From positions 1 to 64,000 of IMG/VR virus record IMGVR_UViG_3300011008_000027: 64,000 bases of DNA; one strand, written 5' to 3'. The position numbers and the translations under genes were made by a program. Position 1 is the first letter of the stretch; every line of letters starts with the position of its first letter. The DNA comes from a virus. Lineage: Duplodnaviria; Caudoviricetes. A model generated the notes under the pieces. That model made no database searches. It was given only the letters and a program-made list of their open reading frames with translations, and was not told the origin of the DNA. Positions 43,363 to 53,538 of this stretch are shown here, piece after piece.

Positions 43363-43626
43363 TTAAAACTTATAATCATACCTTTTAGGATTGCCTTTTT
43401 TATTGACAGTCCCATTTATCGCGAAAGTTATTACATTAGTCTCAAAATCTATTACACAGTCTATATTTTTAATAGTTTTAAAAGAACTATTAAGTTCACT
43501 ACATAATGAATTGAAGTTATTGTAATTCTCACCCATCAATGAATTAAATTTCGTTTCATCAACTGAGTTTTTGTCTTCCGCCGATTTGGTTGACATATTA
43601 AATACATCAATCTTATTGACTTCCAT
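43363..43626 (-). CDS. Hypothetical protein
   Basis: 87 aa, GAGGTG RBS. Confidence 0.55.
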   Translation of the reverse strand: MEVNKIDVFNMSTKSAEDKNSVDETKFNSLMGENYNNFNSLCSELNSSFKTIKNIDCVIDFETNVITFAINGTVNKKGNPKRYDYKF

Positions 43627-43648
43627 TACATCACCTCAATTAATCATA

Positions 43649-43858
43649 TTAAAATAATCTTGGATATTTTCCATTAGGATATTTTCTCTTCTTAAGCTCT
43701 ATATAAGACTCTTGAAGATATGATAACTCTTTATAAGTATGAGTATAGATATCTTCAAGAGTTATTAAACCATCCAAACTATCCAAAAGTTCAACCACAT
43801 AGTCGTAGTATTCTTTTACTGTTCGATCTGATATGTTGAACCCGGAAGTGTTAAAAAA
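43649..43858 (-). other. Predicted -1 frameshift site (T TTT TTA, 43858-43852) and 67-aa extension frame
   Basis: -1 frame open from 43852 to 43649 without its own RBS/ATG: NTSGFNISDRTVKEYYDYVVELLDSLDGLITLEDIYTHTYKELSYLQESYIELKKRKYPNGKYPRLF*. Confidence 0.6.
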
Positions 43859-45420
43859 AGCATATCGTTGGTACCAAGAGGAATAGTTCTTTCATAACCA
43901 CATGCACTACATCTTGTAGTAATTCTAAATCTAGCTCTAAAACTATAATCTCTTACTTGCTGAGTAATAAGATCAATTTCATACTGAGGCAACCTCTGGA
44001 ATATATCAAAAAGTTCACTTATAGGCTTATAATCTGCATATTTTGTTAGTGCAAGATCTGGATTCGCCTCAAGTTCCTTCTCTATTTCTTCATCATAACC
44101 AAATGCAATATATTCATCACCATTCTTTATACCTATACAGCTAATGAAGAGAAGGTATGATGCTACATCATTCATTACATTATCAGTTTCATCAATCTGA
44201 CTATAAATTGTAAGTGCTTTTCCAAGACTCGGTGTTTCGATATCATATATATTACCGGTTTCATTACTCATAAAACGAGTAATCTTACATGAGTCTTCTG
44301 CAAGATTAGTCAGATACGATACATTATTCCTATTAGTAAGGATATCATCTATTCTCTTTTTATACTTATCATCAAATGAATTAGGATCAAGAAGAGCTTT
44401 TATATTATAATGATCCTTATAAGTCGTTTGACACTGAGTTCTTACACAAGTAAATTCAGATGTGATATCTTCTCTTGAAGATGCTACAAATATACCATAG
44501 AGTCCCATGTCAATATCAAGGAATCTATACTTATTTACAAATTCTGCATATGATAATGATGCATTACCTCTATCATCAAATTTAGAAATAGAAGCAGAAC
44601 CCATAAAACATCCATAAAGTATAGAAGCTTGCTTTCTAATTATATTATAGAAAGAATCTGTTATTTTACCATTTTCATCTCTTTCGAGAGCAAGACCCCT
44701 AAGAACTGATGTCTGAGCACCTTTGAATTCTGCAAAATCACCAAGTGCAGGAAGAGGAACTGAATATCTTGCGATTGACTTTTCAACTCTTCTAAGTATA
44801 TTAACTTTATCAAGTCTTTTATATTTAGAGAACTTAATTGTTTTAAGAGAATCATCTTTAACAGCTACAAGTTTAACTGCATCCGCTTTTACAAGTTTCT
44901 CTTTAACTGCATCAGTAAATTCAATCTTTTCAACATCTTTATCTTGTGCCTTAATAGTAACTATGTATGGCTCTTCCGATTTAGGTTCAGAAGCAGGTTG
45001 TGTATCAGGTTCTTTATTGGCAGCTTGATTCTCTGGTGAAAATCTTTTATTAGCAGCTTCTTCAGCTTCTGCAACAGTCATTCCATACTCCCTCAAAAGA
45101 GTTCTTACATATTCCTTTCTCTCTTCGATTTTACTATCAGCTGCTACAGAAGTAGATGAATTATTATTGTTAATAACAAACTTTGGTCCTCCGGATTTTG
45201 TATTTCTTACATTAGTACTTTCTTGTATAGGACTTACATCATCACTCATAACAAAAACTTCTTCTTCATCATCATCTTCAGTAATAACTGTCATTGAATT
45301 CATTTCAGGAGTTACAGCATTTTCAATATCGTGTTTTACTGTTTGCTCAAGAAGATCATTACCGGATTTATCGAACTCAGCTTTTGTATTTTTAGCTAAT
45401 TCCATTAACTTATCATCCAT
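43816..45420 (-). CDS. Baseplate hub / tail assembly chaperone (T4 gp26/gp51-like)
   Basis: FTCVRTQC and TRCSACG zinc motifs; adjacent to the gp25-like gene; slippery site near the 3' end. Confidence 0.5.
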   Translation of the reverse strand: MDDKLMELAKNTKAEFDKSGNDLLEQTVKHDIENAVTPEMNSMTVITEDDDEEEVFVMSDDVSPIQESTNVRNTKSGGPKFVINNNNSSTSVAADSKIEERKEYVRTLLREYGMTVAEAEEAANKRFSPENQAANKEPDTQPASEPKSEEPYIVTIKAQDKDVEKIEFTDAVKEKLVKADAVKLVAVKDDSLKTIKFSKYKRLDKVNILRRVEKSIARYSVPLPALGDFAEFKGAQTSVLRGLALERDENGKITDSFYNIIRKQASILYGCFMGSASISKFDDRGNASLSYAEFVNKYRFLDIDMGLYGIFVASSREDITSEFTCVRTQCQTTYKDHYNIKALLDPNSFDDKYKKRIDDILTNRNNVSYLTNLAEDSCKITRFMSNETGNIYDIETPSLGKALTIYSQIDETDNVMNDVASYLLFISCIGIKNGDEYIAFGYDEEIEKELEANPDLALTKYADYKPISELFDIFQRLPQYEIDLITQQVRDYSFRARFRITTRCSACGYERTIPLGTNDMLFLTLPGSTYQIEQ

Positions 45421-45468
45421 AATATGCGTTTCATTCCCTTCTTATTTTTATTTAACGATTATATTATG

Positions 45469-45879
45469 TTACATACTTACAGCAAAATCGATTATATTAT
45501 CTTTTTGCCTAGATGCAACTGCAACTGTCTCTAATCCCCCGGTATTGAAAGTGAATACGAATATGATATATGCATTTTTATCATCACTCTTATCTACTAA
45601 TTCAATATCTTCTAAAGGTATATCGGGTAAATAAATAGATACTTGACGTCGAATTTCGTCAACTAATCCATTTTTTATATCATCTATAAATGCATATTCG
45701 TATCTACCAATTCCAACACCCATTTCTGGAATCGATGGATATGTCCCGGGATTCATAAGCATTAATGCACATATTTGATTTGCCCATGCTTCCTTACCCG
45801 AGTATTCGGTAGGTTTATTGAATAGATTGATATTTAAGCTTAATTCTTTCTTTTCTGCTTCATATCTTTTTCTAGCCAT
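45469..45879 (-). CDS. Baseplate wedge / sheath initiator, T4 gp25-like
   Basis: LMNPGTYPSIPEMGVGI...EIRRQVSIYLP matches the gp25/GPW pattern. Confidence 0.65.
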   Translation of the reverse strand: MARKRYEAEKKELSLNINLFNKPTEYSGKEAWANQICALMLMNPGTYPSIPEMGVGIGRYEYAFIDDIKNGLVDEIRRQVSIYLPDIPLEDIELVDKSDDKNAYIIFVFTFNTGGLETVAVASRQKDNIIDFAVSM

Positions 45880-45998
45880 TTAATATCACCTTCCTATTTT
45901 TATAACTAAGTATCTCGGATTAAAAATTTAATACTGTTAGATGAAAAATTCCTTTTTAATACGGGAATTCATCTAACAGTATTTAGTTCATTAACAGA

Positions 45999-47150
45999 TT
46001 AATCATCCAGATCTATTTTAAAGAAACTTTCAAGATCCTCTATATCATCAGAATCATCAAGAAGACCTTCTTCAGCAAGTTCTCTATTAAATTCATTCAT
46101 CTCATCTTCAAATGCTTCGAATGTACTCTGATCGGATTCATCTTCATAAATATCATCGAGGTCTAAATCGAAATCAGATGGCTCATCAAATTGAAATGCT
46201 TCATCAATATCATTTTCAAAAGCACTCTCCATCGATGCATCTATCGCAAACTCTTCTATATTATAAAGTCCATCGATAACATCATCCGGATTATAATTGG
46301 GATCATAACTTTCGAGACCTTCAAGTGCATGTTCAAGGCTCGTCTCAGAACTTCTTTCTATAGCTCTTCTTCGAGCTGCTTCTCTATCTTCATCAGATAC
46401 ATCCATAAGGAACTCATATGCTTCTTTTGTAGAAGCAGGTATTCCATCAGCATCTAGTGTTCCATACAATATCGTTTCAGGATCAAGATAAGAGCTATCG
46501 AGAGTATTTGTAAGGTCATCAAGTTCTCCTACTGTCAAACCTTCAGTAACCTTTTTAGCTGCCAACTCTTTTCTAAGTCGACTAATTATATTACCTATTC
46601 CTCTATTATAATCAGCAAGGAATTTAATATCAGTATCACTTATGTTCATTTTATCCTGAACTATCTGACCAAACTGAATTATATCAGCCTGAGATTTAAG
46701 AGTCTTAACATAGGGTCCTATCTGCCTTTTCGCATCTCCTGCATCTATCTGACCTTTCTGGAGCTTTTCAGTTATCCTCTTCATGGCTTTAAGATGATTA
46801 GTAAATGTAGAAGATTCCTCTTTAAATACATCTGCAAGTGCTTCTACATCTGCAAGAGTTTTACATCTCTTTCTTATAAGTCTTTCTCTACTTGCAAGAC
46901 ATTTTTCAAGAGGCTGTCTTTTTCCAAACGGTCCGAAAGCTTCCTGAATTATTTGTTTTTCTTCATCATCTTCCGGAATTATAGAGAAATCGAATATAGC
47001 AGACTGCTCAAGAACTTCGATATCATTGAGACTTTCATCAAGATCTTCGTTTGTATAATCAAGAGCTGATTCAATAGCCGTATAACTTTCATCTTCTATA
47101 GATTCGAGGAAATCGCTTATCTCGTTATCCAATTCTAACATATCATTCAT
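45999..47150 (-). CDS. Acidic putative internal head protein
   Basis: Many AIES/ALEG/SMES/AFE motifs flanking a basic core. Confidence 0.45.
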   Translation of the reverse strand: MNDMLELDNEISDFLESIEDESYTAIESALDYTNEDLDESLNDIEVLEQSAIFDFSIIPEDDEEKQIIQEAFGPFGKRQPLEKCLASRERLIRKRCKTLADVEALADVFKEESSTFTNHLKAMKRITEKLQKGQIDAGDAKRQIGPYVKTLKSQADIIQFGQIVQDKMNISDTDIKFLADYNRGIGNIISRLRKELAAKKVTEGLTVGELDDLTNTLDSSYLDPETILYGTLDADGIPASTKEAYEFLMDVSDEDREAARRRAIERSSETSLEHALEGLESYDPNYNPDDVIDGLYNIEEFAIDASMESAFENDIDEAFQFDEPSDFDLDLDDIYEDESDQSTFEAFEDEMNEFNRELAEEGLLDDSDDIEDLESFFKIDLDD

Positions 47151-47333
47151 AACGTCTACTCCTCCTTTATATTATTTTAAAACGAACTATTATTAATTTG
47201 TGTCTCATCCAAAAATTTATTAAATATTGCGTTAAAGTTTCAGTATTTTAATTATCTGTTTAGTTTAAGCTCTAAAACAACTTGGTAAAATTGCAATCGT
47301 TTTAGTAATTAAATTGAAAGGAGTGCATAAATT

Positions 47334-48068
47334 ATGTATTTTAATCTCGATTCATTTATTGAGTATTGCGGAACTCCCGTTTCTGAGAGTATTAGTAAAT
47401 ACTCATATATAGATAGAAAATGGGTTACTGTATATGAAGCAGATGATGCTAATGCTAATGCAGGTACCAATAATAATGCTAACAATACCGACAATCTCGA
47501 AGGTGGTAATAATAACGCTAATAATAATAATGATGCATCAAATGACGATAAACAAAAAAGATGCGAAGAAAAAATAAAGAATATTGAAGAGGGTACTAAA
47601 ACTTGGTGGCAAGCTATAAAAGAGTTTTTTGCCAATTTATTCAAGAGTGATGCCGAGCGTAGAAGAGATAGGCGTGTTGCCTTTGTGAATAAAGCAGTAG
47701 GTGAAGTTAAAAATGGTTTGAATGAACTGTACGAAATGGGTAAAAACGAAAATGGAGAATTTGATGAAGATGGCATTGATCGAATAGGATATAAACTAAG
47801 AAACTATTTTTGGTCTATTAGAAACGCACTTTCGGGGATGATAAACGACTGGCATCTTAACCCAGACGGAACCCCTAAAAATAAAGGCGCAAATACTAAT
47901 AATAACAATAATAATACCGGCACCAATAATAATAACAACAACACGAATCAAAATAATAATAATAATCAAAACTCTAATACCTCTAATAATCAAGAAAAGA
48001 AAGAAGGCAACAGTGGAGATATACTTAAAGATAGTAATACAGCAGTTAATGCAGTTAAAAATGCTTAA
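47334..48068 (+). CDS. Putative internal head protein with Asn-rich tracts, paralog family
   Basis: WWQAIKEFFANLFK motif; VSES/VYEA; late promoter motif at 47276-47287. Confidence 0.5.
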   Translation: MYFNLDSFIEYCGTPVSESISKYSYIDRKWVTVYEADDANANAGTNNNANNTDNLEGGNNNANNNNDASNDDKQKRCEEKIKNIEEGTKTWWQAIKEFFANLFKSDAERRRDRRVAFVNKAVGEVKNGLNELYEMGKNENGEFDEDGIDRIGYKLRNYFWSIRNALSGMINDWHLNPDGTPKNKGANTNNNNNNTGTNNNNNNTNQNNNNNQNSNTSNNQEKKEGNSGDILKDSNTAVNAVKNA

Positions 48069-48143
48069 AAATAATCCTATATATCCGCATCGAAAACAAA
48101 TTAGTTAATGCCTATATCGGATTTAGCGGAGGTGAAATATACT

Positions 48144-48929
48144 ATGGAAGAAAAAATAGTTAAAAGAGCAACGGGTTGTTTTAAAGATGGCTTTGATGAA
48201 AGAGATTACATATACATGCCTGTTTGTGCTTCTCATTCTAATCTTCCTGATTCTTTTATCTTAGAGAGATTTCCAGTTAAAGACCAAGGGGATATAAATT
48301 CTTGTGTTGCACATTCATGTGCTCTTATAAAAGAGATACAAGAGTTTTATGACACTGGTAAGAAATTAGAATTTTCTGTAGGATGGATTTATGGATATAG
48401 AACTAGTGGGCAATACATGGGTGAAGGTATGTACCCTAAAGATGCTTTAAAAACTTTAATCGACTATGGAGATGTAGTTAAATCTGTATTTCCGGAAAAC
48501 TTAGAATATGATGATATTCAGGGGTTAATCGATAAAAGAAAAGCGACATGCATTCAGAAAGCAAAGCCATTTGTAATTAAAGCCTATGCTCGAGTTACAT
48601 CAGCAATGAATGTTAAAACAGCTATATACAATAATCATTCACCAGTAATGATTGTAGTTGATATATATGAAAATTTTTATAATATCCCTAAAACCGGTAT
48701 CGTTCCTAATAGGCAGGGTTCTTGTGATGGCGGTCATGCCATGGTCATCATTGGATGGACAAAGATAAATAATCAAGAGTACTATGTGGTACAAAACTCT
48801 TGGGGAACGAATTGGGGTGATAAAGGTTTATGTTATATTAAACCGGGAAACTCTATTATTTCTGATCTTTTCACTTCGGTGGATAAAACAAATACTATTC
48901 AAGATATGAAGAGAATAAATTATAAGTAA
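48144..48929 (+). CDS. Papain-like cysteine peptidase (family C1)
   Basis: VKDQGDINSCVAH (Q/C), GGHAMVIIGW (H), VQNSWGTNWGDKG (N); start after a GGAGGTG RBS. Confidence 0.88.
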   Translation: MEEKIVKRATGCFKDGFDERDYIYMPVCASHSNLPDSFILERFPVKDQGDINSCVAHSCALIKEIQEFYDTGKKLEFSVGWIYGYRTSGQYMGEGMYPKDALKTLIDYGDVVKSVFPENLEYDDIQGLIDKRKATCIQKAKPFVIKAYARVTSAMNVKTAIYNNHSPVMIVVDIYENFYNIPKTGIVPNRQGSCDGGHAMVIIGWTKINNQEYYVVQNSWGTNWGDKGLCYIKPGNSIISDLFTSVDKTNTIQDMKRINYK

Positions 48930-48956
48930 TTTAATGTGAAAGGGGTGAATTAATAC

Positions 48957-50624
48957 ATGTCAACGATAACATATAAAACTACACTTAAAACCACTAATCA
49001 GTCAGGCGATATTATGATATTGCATCCTAAGACAGTAGCAAGTCAAGTCATTACTAATACATCTACAAATGAAACACTTACAACTAAGTTATCGGCTATT
49101 GAAGGATCTGTAACAACTGCAGTTTCAACTGCAAATACTTATACGGATACTCAAATAAGTAATCTTCTTGGTGCAGATGTTCCGGCAGCTCTTGATACAC
49201 TTAAAGAACTTGCGAATGCATTGAATAATGATGCTAATTTTTATACAACTATTACAGGACTGATTAATGGTAAAGCAGATAGTAATCATAACCATGATAG
49301 TGTCTATATTAAAAAGATAGGAGATACTTCTCTTACAGCAAACTTTGGCACTACAGGTTCTATATCTGCAGGAACGTTGACTGTAACATCCAGTGGTACT
49401 ATCAATGGTAAGAATATTGCTACAGTAAGTGGGACCCCGACTAGTGGCAATATAGTCATTGCAGACGGTACTAATGGTATTATAAAAACAAGTGATTATA
49501 CTATTGCTAAATCTGTACCATCAAATGCTAACTTTAATGATACTACTTATAGTGCAGGAACCGGTTTATCTTTATCGGGTACTACTATAAATCATAGTAA
49601 TAGTATATCAGCAGGTACAGCTTCTGAAGGAGGAAGTGCAAGAACTCTTAATTACAGCGGTTCATTTAATATTCCTTCAATTACGTATGATGCTCAAGGA
49701 CATATTACATCTACCGGATCTACGACAATTACATTGCCTGCAGTAAGTCATTATACATCATATCTTTATGCAGGAGCATCGACTGCTACAGCTAATCCCA
49801 CAACTGCAGTTAATGATCCTTATTTAGTACTTAGAGAAAATGGAACTAATAAGACCATTCAACTTAAAGGTGGTAGCAATGTTGCAATAAGTACAGTAAA
49901 TGGTATTGTAACAATATCTTCTACTAATACTACTTATAGTGCAGGAACCGGTTTATCTTTATCAGGTACTACTATAAATCATAGTAATAGTGTAACATCA
50001 GGTACAGCTTCTGAAGGAGGAAGTGCAAGAACACTTGCATTTGGAGGCACATTTAATGTACCATCTGTAACATATGATGCTCAAGGTCATGTAACAGGTA
50101 AGGGAAGTGTAACACTTACAATGCCTGCTAATCCTGATACGCATTATACATCAGCGTTATTTGCTGCCGCTTCAACAACTGCTACATCACAGGCTACTAC
50201 TGCTACTACAAATGCTGCAACTTATATTATTCTTAGAGAAAATAATACTAATAGGAATAATATTAAAGTTACAGGTAGTGGTGGTACTACAGTCAGTGCT
50301 AATAGTGGTACTCTTACTATTTCATCTACAGCTTATTCAGCAGGTACGGGTATTAGTATAAGTAGTGGTTCTATAAGTAACACGGGTGTTAGATCTATTG
50401 CTACAGGAGGTACTAATGGTACTATTTCTGTAAATACAAATGGTACTTCAGCTAATGTTGCAGTTAACGGTTTAGCTGCAGCTGCATATAAAGCAGTAGA
50501 TACTTCAATTACGTCCTCTAATAAGACATCAACAAATCTTCCGACAACAGCTGCAGTAGCTAATTATGTTGATAGCCAAATTGGAGATATTGAAACTATC
50601 CTTGCTACATTAGTCACTGTATAA
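48957..50624 (+). CDS. Tail fibre protein with an internal 129-aa duplication
   Basis: ALDTLKELANALNNDANF fibre motif; Thr/Ser/Gly-rich; repeated YSAGTGLSLSGTTI. Confidence 0.75.
   Translation: MSTITYKTTLKTTNQSGDIMILHPKTVASQVITNTSTNETLTTKLSAIEGSVTTAVSTANTYTDTQISNLLGADVPAALDTLKELANALNNDANFYTTITGLINGKADSNHNHDSVYIKKIGDTSLTANFGTTGSISAGTLTVTSSGTINGKNIATVSGTPTSGNIVIADGTNGIIKTSDYTIAKSVPSNANFNDTTYSAGTGLSLSGTTINHSNSISAGTASEGGSARTLNYSGSFNIPSITYDAQGHITSTGSTTITLPAVSHYTSYLYAGASTATANPTTAVNDPYLVLRENGTNKTIQLKGGSNVAISTVNGIVTISSTNTTYSAGTGLSLSGTTINHSNSVTSGTASEGGSARTLAFGGTFNVPSVTYDAQGHVTGKGSVTLTMPANPDTHYTSALFAAASTTATSQATTATTNAATYIILRENNTNRNNIKVTGSGGTTVSANSGTLTISSTAYSAGTGISISSGSISNTGVRSIATGGTNGTISVNTNGTSANVAVNGLAAAAYKAVDTSITSSNKTSTNLPTTAAVANYVDSQIGDIETILATLVTV
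49541..50032 (+). repeat. Intragenic direct repeat (copies start at 49541 and 49928, 387 nt apart)
   Basis: ~105 nt near-identical TACTACTTATAGTGCAGGAACCGGTTTATC...GCAAGAAC. Confidence 0.85.
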
Positions 50625-50693
50625 ATTGCTAACATTTTTATAAATTATGATTTTTAATCATACGAACTTCTGTAAAGAAAGGAGGGCTTTAGC

Positions 50694-51248
50694 ATGCCCG
50701 ATATAATTAAGCTTACACGTATGCGTAATAAAATCGGTAATGACGTAGTTGTAACTTTTCCTAAGACTACTGCAGCTCAGGTCATAGTCGGCGAGTCGAA
50801 TCTTGAAGCTAAGCTTCAGACTATGGATAATGCTACAACTGCTGTTATTACTACTGCTAATGCATATACTGATACTAAGATATCAGATGTAGTTGGTGGT
50901 GCACCGAATACACTTTCTACACTTAAGGCAATTTCTGATGCTATCGCAAGTAATGCTTCATATTACCAGACGGTAAATGATTTGCTTGATACTAAGAGTG
51001 ATACAACTCATGATCATGATGATGCATACCTTAAGTTGGTAGGTGGTACAGTTACAGGTGAGATATCAAGCCCGACGACTACTACATATGCAAGTCTTGA
51101 AACCGCTAATACTATAAATAAGGGACAGTTTGAAGCAAAGCTTGATGACTATGCTCTTACAACTGCTACGAGACAGACATATGCATCGGTAACACAGCCC
51201 GCAGGTCTTGCTGAAGGAGATCTTTGGCTTGAACTTGAAGAGGCGTGA
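50694..51248 (+). CDS. Short tail-fibre-related protein (paralog 1)
   Basis: APNTLSTLKAISDAI; C-terminal QPAGLAEGDLW; late promoter motif at 50631-50642. Confidence 0.65.
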   Translation: MPDIIKLTRMRNKIGNDVVVTFPKTTAAQVIVGESNLEAKLQTMDNATTAVITTANAYTDTKISDVVGGAPNTLSTLKAISDAIASNASYYQTVNDLLDTKSDTTHDHDDAYLKLVGGTVTGEISSPTTTTYASLETANTINKGQFEAKLDDYALTTATRQTYASVTQPAGLAEGDLWLELEEA

Positions 51249-51295
51249 TAAAATTATGATTGAATTCTTAATTAATAAGAAAGGTGGTTTTACTT

Positions 51296-51850
51296 ATGCC
51301 AGATATAATTAAACTTGCTACAATCCGTCAGAAGGTTGGCGATGATATAGTTAAAATCTATCCGCAGACGACAGATGCACAGGTTATAGTTGGTGAGTCT
51401 AATCTTGCTGCTAAGCTTGCAACGATGGACACAGCTACAGAGACAGCTATAAACACAGCAAATACTTATACAGATACAGCAATTACTAACCTTGTAAATG
51501 GTGCACCTGATGCATTGAATACCCTTGCTGAGCTTGCTGCAGCTATTAATGATGATGCTAGCTTTGCATCTACAATTACTACTGCACTGGCTGGTAAGAG
51601 TGATACAACTCATGATCATGATGATGTATACCTTAAGTTGGTAGGTGGTACAGTTACAGGTGAGATCTCTACACCGACTGCTACCGCATATGCAGATCTT
51701 GCAAATGCTAACCTTGTTAATAAGGGACAGGCTGAAACGAGATTGTCGGATTTTGCTTTGACAACCTCTCTTCGTCAGAGCTATGTTTCGACTACTCAGC
51801 CCACTACATTCAATGAGGGTGACTTGTGGTTTGAAGTAACAAGCGGCTGA
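51296..51850 (+). CDS. Short tail-fibre-related protein (paralog 2)
   Basis: APDALNTLAELAAAINDDASF; C-terminal EGDLWF. Confidence 0.65.
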   Translation: MPDIIKLATIRQKVGDDIVKIYPQTTDAQVIVGESNLAAKLATMDTATETAINTANTYTDTAITNLVNGAPDALNTLAELAAAINDDASFASTITTALAGKSDTTHDHDDVYLKLVGGTVTGEISTPTATAYADLANANLVNKGQAETRLSDFALTTSLRQSYVSTTQPTTFNEGDLWFEVTSG

Positions 51851-51958
51851 TATTAAATAAATAACAGTGTAATATGTTGTAGGAGCCTTAAAGTAGCTCC
51901 TACAACATATTTTTAAAGTGTTGTATTTATATTATTTAAGAAAAGTGAGGTGATACTT

Positions 51959-52480
51959 ATGGCTAATGATATTTCATATAAGGGACGTCTCAAGAAAAAA
52001 GTAAATGATATAATTTACACGTTCCATCCAGAAACAGAAGCAGAGCAGGTTCTTTTGTCAGATGGTACTACTTTAGCTGAGAGACTCGAATCTATGTCGA
52101 GTGATACTTCTATTTTGAACGCTGCTAAAGCTTATACAGATTCTAAACTTGAAGATCTTATAGGCGATGCTCCTGATATACTGGATACTCTTGAAGAACT
52201 TTCAAAGGCTTTGGGAGATGATAAGGATTTTTCAACTACTGTTACTAATGCATTGGCTCGTAAAGCTGATGATGATAAAGTAGTTAAGCTTACCGGATCC
52301 ACGATGACAGGAGATCTTAAAATAGATCGTAATAATTATACAAATATTGATGATACAACTTTGGTTACTAAAGCTGAAGTTGCATCTGCAATTGTTGCGG
52401 GTTCTGGAAGATTCCTTATCGGAACTACTGAACCTTCGGATCTTAGAGAAACGGACGTTTGGTTTGAAATACAGTCATAA
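51959..52480 (+). CDS. Short tail-fibre-related protein (paralog 3)
   Basis: APDILDTLEELSKALGDDKDF; C-terminal ETDVWF; late promoter motif at 51904-51915. Confidence 0.65.
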   Translation: MANDISYKGRLKKKVNDIIYTFHPETEAEQVLLSDGTTLAERLESMSSDTSILNAAKAYTDSKLEDLIGDAPDILDTLEELSKALGDDKDFSTTVTNALARKADDDKVVKLTGSTMTGDLKIDRNNYTNIDDTTLVTKAEVASAIVAGSGRFLIGTTEPSDLRETDVWFEIQS

Positions 52481-52570
52481 TTAATATGACTATCGCATAA
52501 AAAAATAAATACTTCCTAAAAGATATAAACAGGAAGCCCATGATCAATTAAGACCACGGGCTTCCTATTT

Positions 52571-53116
52571 TTACTCTGTTTCATTAAACTTCTTTATCAA
52601 TAAAGAACGACGATTGTTAATGGAGTCAATAAATGATTTTGGTGGTATACTATCATCTTCATTACATATATTCGCACACTTGTTAGCAATCGGAATTATT
52701 ACATCGGGATTCCATATTATTATTGACTCGCATTCCCAACCATAAAATACTTCATTTAAACCAAAATTAATCAATTCAAGACCGTCATAATCTTTCATCA
52801 TCCGCTTATAGTCAATTTTATACAACGGGATTATTGATACTTGTACAATCGAAGCATAATCCTTTATATCGGAATAATGTTCAACTCTCAGGATATTGGC
52901 ATTTTCCGCAAGTTCAAACTCAAATGATTTATTAAAAGACTCGATTTTAAAACCTTCGCCCTCGCACCATTCTCTCCATCCAAACTCTGAATCCACTGCA
53001 GATGCCCATAACCCATATGGGGGTTTATTGCATACAAACCCGAGTCCATTACGATACATTGTCACTTTAGTCGGATCGTATGTATCCGACCCATAATGGA
53101 TATACCTTTTAGACAT
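52571..53116 (-). CDS. Hypothetical early protein, possible ADP-ribosyltransferase-like fold
   Basis: YIHYGS, KPPYGLWAS, YDGL...WECESI; early promoter motif at 53180-53191. Confidence 0.35.
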   Translation of the reverse strand: MSKRYIHYGSDTYDPTKVTMYRNGLGFVCNKPPYGLWASAVDSEFGWREWCEGEGFKIESFNKSFEFELAENANILRVEHYSDIKDYASIVQVSIIPLYKIDYKRMMKDYDGLELINFGLNEVFYGWECESIIIWNPDVIIPIANKCANICNEDDSIPPKSFIDSINNRRSLLIKKFNETE

Positions 53117-53322
53117 AAAAATCATCCTCCTCAATTTTAATCAATCTTATATCAACCATGAGATATAAGATACACATATATGATATATTTTTAAAAATAA
53201 CTTATGCAAATAAAAAATAATTTTCAGTGAACTAAAATATAAATAAGGTAGGGTATTGGAATAATATAATAATATACTACCCCAATACCAACCTTCGATG
53301 AAGGTTATGTATACCAAATAAG

Positions 53323-53538
53323 CTATGCAGTTAGTGCATCAAATAAATTCTCAACAGTAACCGGTTTGCGATAGAAATTTATCATTAATATGATATTTCT
53401 TCGCTCCCAATTATTGAGCTGATTATTGACGATATCTGCAAAAATATTTGGATCGGATTTAAAGATATTAGCTAATTGAATAGCTAATATCTTTTTATCT
53501 CTACCATACTTACTTGTATTAAACATAACCCATTCCAC
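53323..53538 (-). CDS. Small hypothetical early protein
   Basis: GAAAGGAGGTGG RBS, early promoter motif at 53557-53568. Confidence 0.55.
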   Translation of the reverse strand: MEWVMFNTSKYGRDKKILAIQLANIFKSDPNIFADIVNNQLNNWERRNIILMINFYRKPVTVENLFDALTA

